DNA of 64,000 bases, taken from positions 512,001-576,000 of the forward strand of contig CAXXKJ010000002.1 of assembly GCA_963675295.2 (NCBI GenBank), written 5' to 3'. Under the pieces are notes generated by a model. The model searched no databases. It had not been told where the DNA came from and saw only the letters and a list, made by a program, of their open reading frames with translations. Shown in pieces: positions 59,082 through 64,000 of this stretch. Source of the DNA: a bacterium (GTDB lineage Bacteria; Electryoneota; Electryoneia; Electryoneales; Electryoneaceae). How positions within the stretch are numbered: position 1 is the stretch's first letter; each line of letters opens with the position of its first letter. A program made the position numbers and the translations under genes.

Positions 59082-59867
59082 CTATTCCTGCGGCGTCATC
59101 GTGAGGGTGAAGTCGAACACCGCGGTGTCAACATATTCGTCGAAATCGGTTTCGACGAAACCGCCGTCGGTGTTGTCGATGACGATGTAGATCTGTGTGC
59201 CGTTGGGGATGAAGGTGTCGCCGATGGCCTGGGTAATGCCGGTCGCGGCGATGGTCTCGGCCCAGACGGCCTCGAACGGTTCGCGGGCAGCGTACTTGTT
59301 GTATTCCGCGGGTTCGAGAATCAGCAGCTCGAGCTCGTAGTCGCCGGGCCAGTCGATCAGGCTCATCTCGAAGGACGGTACGGTGTCGTAGAGCAGCGTG
59401 TACGGTCCGTGGTGGAATTCCTGGTCTTCGTGCAGGGTTGCCTCGGTGTATTCGACCAGCGTGTAGGCGTCCGGCAGCGGCACGTCCATGTGGACGCCAA
59501 CGACGGCCTGTTCGAGGTCATTGTCCATTGCACGGATGGTGTCGCTGTAGGAGCCCATCGTCAGGCCGTTCCGGGTGATCGAGACGAGCACGGTGTCGGT
59601 TTCGGCTTCGGCGACGCGTCCGGTATCCGGATCGAGGAAGATCCAGTAGCTGTCGGCGTTCAACGACCATTGCAGGGTGCCGTCGCCGGTGTTGGTCACG
59701 AACAGGGTGTCGGAGCTGCGGTCGCTGCTGAAGTCGAGCGACGCGGGCGAGATCAGCATTTCCGGGTTAGGCGGATCCACGAGACGGTTGGCTTCATCTT
59801 TATCGCAACCCATCAGGGTGAGGGCCAGCAGGGACAGCAGCAGCGTGCCGGTAAACAGTCGAACCAT
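59082..59867 (-). CDS. Lipoprotein with BACON-like Ig domain
   Basis: Lipobox LMGC; SPASLDF...VTNTGDGTLQWS....WI.L.P..G. Confidence 0.78.
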   Translation of the reverse strand: MVRLFTGTLLLSLLALTLMGCDKDEANRLVDPPNPEMLISPASLDFSSDRSSDTLFVTNTGDGTLQWSLNADSYWIFLDPDTGRVAEAETDTVLVSITRNGLTMGSYSDTIRAMDNDLEQAVVGVHMDVPLPDAYTLVEYTEATLHEDQEFHHGPYTLLYDTVPSFEMSLIDWPGDYELELLILEPAEYNKYAAREPFEAVWAETIAATGITQAIGDTFIPNGTQIYIVIDNTDGGFVETDFDEYVDTAVFDFTLTMTPQE

Positions 59868-60048
59868 CGGTCATCTCCTTGGCAGATCGTCGGGCCGGCC
59901 AATGTACTGTGGGGGGAGGCAAACCCGAGGCTTTGAATTAATATAGGCGGGTTTGACGGGTGCGCAAAGGGATTCGCTCGGATCGTGAGAAGATCGTCAG
60001 TCATTTGCCCATCTACCAGCTGTCCTTTATGTGAAATCTGCACAAAAC

Positions 60049-60132
60049 TAGGGACAGACCCATATAAATGAAGCAAAGTAGTAATCGGCTGAAACCCAGT
60101 ACTGGTAACAAATTAAATGGGGTCTGTCCCTA
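60049..60132. repeat. 84-bp REPIN/MITE-like element
   Basis: Perfect 13-bp IR TAGGGACAGACCC ... GGGTCTGTCCCTA around an AT-rich spacer. Confidence 0.75.
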
Positions 60133-60180
60133 ATAAAAATATGACCGAAACGAGCGATACGAATGGTGGAAGGCGACAGG

Positions 60181-61230
60181 TCAGAAAGTGGTGGAGGATT
60201 CAGCCATCTCACGAATCCACTTGGTGGCGTGGTCGGATTTGGTGTCGAAATCCGGGGGCAACGGTGGCAGGTGGTTGAACAATCCCAGCTCCATCAGGTA
60301 CGTGCGGATCGCCTCCAGCCGTGCCCAGCCCAGCGCAATCTCGAACATCTCTGGCAGGGTGCTGTCCGCGACCAGGGATATGCGTTCGGGGAGCGGACCG
60401 TACCCGGGTGATGGCACATTTGCTTCTTCGAATGCCAGCGCGGCCTTGTGCGCGGACTCGATGTAGGTACCGAGGTGTTGCCTGAGGAGATCGTAGGACA
60501 TCAGGTAGCGGTTGAGGTACGCTTCCTTGCGCCATTTGATGAACATGTCGACCAGCGCGCGTCCGACGGATTTTTCACGTTCCCGGTAGGCTGTGTACCG
60601 AAAATAGTGGTCGTGAATCACGACGGAGTCGCGTGCGAACACGATCCGTCCTCCCGCCAGCCGCCAACGCAGGCCGAAGTCGGTATCCTGCATGCCGTAG
60701 GGGAGTTGTTCGTCGTAGCCGCCGAGGGTCAGGAAGCGGTCACGTTGGACGAGAGCGTGCGGGGCGTAATGCAGGCCGGGGTCGAGGTTGTTTGGGTCGG
60801 CGATGTTTTCGAACGTGAATTGCAGGCCGGAGTCGAGCACATGCCGCACGAACGCGTCCCCGGTTTGTGCCGGTTCATGTTCGATGAAGCCCTGCACCAG
60901 CGGATCGTCAAACTGCTGGTAGCGGTTGAGCAGATGGAACAGCGCGCTCGGCTTGGGGGTCATATCCTGCGCGAGCAGCCACAGCAGGTCGCCGCGGGCG
61001 TAACGTGCGCCACGGTTGGTGGTCGCGGACTGGCCTCGGCGTTCGTCGGAAATCACCATCACCGGCAGGGTTTGCCCGGCGGAGATATCCGGCTCCTGGT
61101 CGTGACCGTCACAGGAGATGACGACGTCCAGGTTGACTCCGGCAGGCAGTTCGAGGTGGGTTAATGCCTGGAACGTTGCCGGCAGTGTGTCGTGACCGTT
61201 GTAGAACGGGATGACGGCGGTAATCTGCAT
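60181..61230 (-). CDS. Glycosyltransferase family 2
   Basis: VIPFYN, CDG, GQSATTNRGA..ARGD, LGGYDE..YGMQDTDFGLR and VIH. Confidence 0.85.
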   Translation of the reverse strand: MQITAVIPFYNGHDTLPATFQALTHLELPAGVNLDVVISCDGHDQEPDISAGQTLPVMVISDERRGQSATTNRGARYARGDLLWLLAQDMTPKPSALFHLLNRYQQFDDPLVQGFIEHEPAQTGDAFVRHVLDSGLQFTFENIADPNNLDPGLHYAPHALVQRDRFLTLGGYDEQLPYGMQDTDFGLRWRLAGGRIVFARDSVVIHDHYFRYTAYREREKSVGRALVDMFIKWRKEAYLNRYLMSYDLLRQHLGTYIESAHKAALAFEEANVPSPGYGPLPERISLVADSTLPEMFEIALGWARLEAIRTYLMELGLFNHLPPLPPDFDTKSDHATKWIREMAESSTTF

Positions 61231-61548
61231 GGGACAAAGCTACGGGTTGAAAGTGCTGCGAGCCAGCGGTGCCGAAAGCGGGTGATCCGCCGGGGGCTCC
61301 AGATGCGAATCGTTTTCTTGAACCCCTGCGTATGCCCGACTATTTTACCGCCTCGTCAGTCCCCTCCGTAAATTGCATTGTCAGGCCATTTGAAACGGTA
61401 TCCGTCTTTCCGTAGCGGTGTCGCTCGGGAGGACGGCTTGTGCGTTTTGCAAGGTCGAGGGGGAGCGAATCCGGCTGTATTTTCTGGTCCCCATCAGCCG
61501 GTTGGGCGCCGGTTGGAAAAACGAGATTTCATCACCTGCTTACGATAG

Positions 61549-62559
<1,011 letters not shown>

Positions 62560-62610
62560 GTCTGGACTGCGGACTGCGGGCTGCGGTCGCGGCTACAGGA
62601 TTGATTTCAT

Positions 62611-62640
62611 CGGGGACACTTTGAGGACAAAGTGTCCCCG
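62611..62640. repeat. Family C hairpin between gap and pgk
   Basis: CGGGGACACTTTG-AGGA-CAAAGTGTCCCCG; same stem as 28570-28607. Confidence 0.8.
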
Positions 62641-62682
62641 GCTTTACCCTTGCGCAGGCGTTACCCTTACGTGGGCACAATC

Positions 62683-63894
62683 ATGGCCAACGAATTCAAC
62701 AAGATGACGCTTGACGACGTCAATGTCGCGGGCAAGAAGGTGTTGATGCGGGTCGACTTCAACGTTCCGCTCAACGACGAACTGGAAGTCACCGACGACG
62801 CGCGTATCCGTGCGGCGTTGCCGTCGATCCAGAAGGTGATCGGCGATGGCGGTCGTCTCATCCTCGCCAGCCACCTCGGCCGTCCGAAGGGCGAACCGGA
62901 CCGCAAGTTCAGCCTGCTTCCGGCGGCGCAGTCGTTGAGCGAACTGCTCGACAAGCCGGTCAAGCTGTTGCCGGACACGATCGGCCCGGAGGTGATGCTG
63001 TATGTCGAGCAGATGAAGGACGGCGACGTCGTGCTGCTCGAGAACACGCGTTTCCACGATGGCGAGAAGAAGAACGATCCGGATTTCGCGGCGTCAATGG
63101 CGCGTCTCGCGGACATGTATGTCAACGACGCGTTCGGCAGCGCGCACCGTGCGCACGCCAGCACCGAGGGCGTGACGAAGCATCTCAGTCCGTGTGTCGC
63201 CGGCTACCTGATGCAGAAGGAAATCGAGTATCTCGGCAAGGCGATCGCGGACCCGAAGCGGCCGTTTGTCGCGGTGCTCGGCGGTGCGAAGATCAGCGGC
63301 AAGATCGACGTGATCCAGAATCTGCTGAACAAGGTTGATACCATTCTGCTCGGTGGCGCGATGACCTTCACGTTTGACAAGAAGGAAGGTCTCGCGGTTG
63401 GCGGATCGCTGGTCGAGGATGATCGTCTCGAGATGGCGGGCGAACTGCTGGACGCGTTCAAGAGCGCGAAGGCAGAAGTTCTGTTGCCAACGGATTACAT
63501 TGCCGCCGACAAGTTCGCCGCGGATGCGAACACGAAGACGGTCAAGCGTGGCGAAATCGAAGACGGTTGGTCAGGTCTGGACATCGGTCCTGAGACCGCT
63601 GCGAAATACGCCGAAGTGGTGAAGAACGCCGGAACGGTCGTCTGGAACGGCCCGATGGGTGTGTTCGAGATGGACCCGTTTGCGGCGGGCACGCGTGCTG
63701 TTGCTGAGGCGATGGTTGCGGCGACGGAACAGGGAGCCGTTACGGTGGTCGGTGGTGGCGACAGTGCCTCCGCAATCGCGACCTTTGGGCTCAAGGAAAA
63801 GGTGTCGCATGTGTCGACCGGAGGCGGTGCGTCCCTCGAGTTTCTTGAGGGGAAGACGTTGCCGGGACTGGCGGCGCTGACCGACAAGGCGTAA
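62683..63894 (+). CDS. pgk: Phosphoglycerate kinase
   Basis: [42 protein letters not shown] and STGGGASLE. Confidence 0.98.
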   Translation: MANEFNKMTLDDVNVAGKKVLMRVDFNVPLNDELEVTDDARIRAALPSIQKVIGDGGRLILASHLGRPKGEPDRKFSLLPAAQSLSELLDKPVKLLPDTIGPEVMLYVEQMKDGDVVLLENTRFHDGEKKNDPDFAASMARLADMYVNDAFGSAHRAHASTEGVTKHLSPCVAGYLMQKEIEYLGKAIADPKRPFVAVLGGAKISGKIDVIQNLLNKVDTILLGGAMTFTFDKKEGLAVGGSLVEDDRLEMAGELLDAFKSAKAEVLLPTDYIAADKFAADANTKTVKRGEIEDGWSGLDIGPETAAKYAEVVKNAGTVVWNGPMGVFEMDPFAAGTRAVAEAMVAATEQGAVTVVGGGDSASAIATFGLKEKVSHVSTGGGASLEFLEGKTLPGLAALTDKA

Positions 63895-63956
63895 GCAAAC
63901 TGCATCGTGCAGTGGGGTGGAACCCGCGGCAGGCTGCGCGGGGCAAAACGGGGCCA

Positions 63957-64000
63957 ATGATGCGCACTCCCCTGATTGCAGGCAATTGGAAGATGAACCT
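63957..64000 (+). CDS. tpiA: Triose-phosphate isomerase (5' end only)
   Basis: MMRTPLIAGNWKMN directly after pgk. Confidence 0.92.
   Translation, partial: MMRTPLIAGNWKMN

Overview
This 64-kb window looks like core chromosome of a GC-rich (about 60% by eye) FCB-superphylum bacterium, probably outside Bacteroidota proper. The lineage is inferred from a short Bacteroidota-type RpoD, PNPFN-type T9SS/FlgD-like C-terminal domains, and many genes with clear Shine-Dalgarno sites. Housekeeping genes: tsaB (partial), degP/htrA, rpoD, cyoE, proS, mscS, a Ser/Thr dehydratase, dacB, mutL and gap-pgk-tpiA. Between them lie many secreted FG-GAP/LVIVD repeat proteins, lipoproteins, outer-membrane proteins, a PlpD-like patatin, a GH97, a PAS hybrid kinase, and two complete IS elements (IS1182, IS3). 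No rRNA, tRNA or CRISPR was seen. The most notable observations are: (1) dispersed candidates for all three bacterial ceramide-synthesis enzymes, with the reductase candidate fused to a HIT-like domain; (2) a 23-bp tandem array ending in an inverted unit, directly upstream of a solitary HNH nuclease; (3) a T9 frameshift in the signal peptide of a T9SS cargo gene; (4) an uncharacterised ~110-aa module shared by 5-6 secreted proteins, with or without the sorting tail; (5) an AT-rich islet with promoter, structured leader and a possibly circularly permuted GIY-YIG mini-protein; (6) dense intergenic REP-like hairpins and period-7/9/10 microsatellites, some of which have entered coding sequence. 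Start codons were refined by eye where noted.
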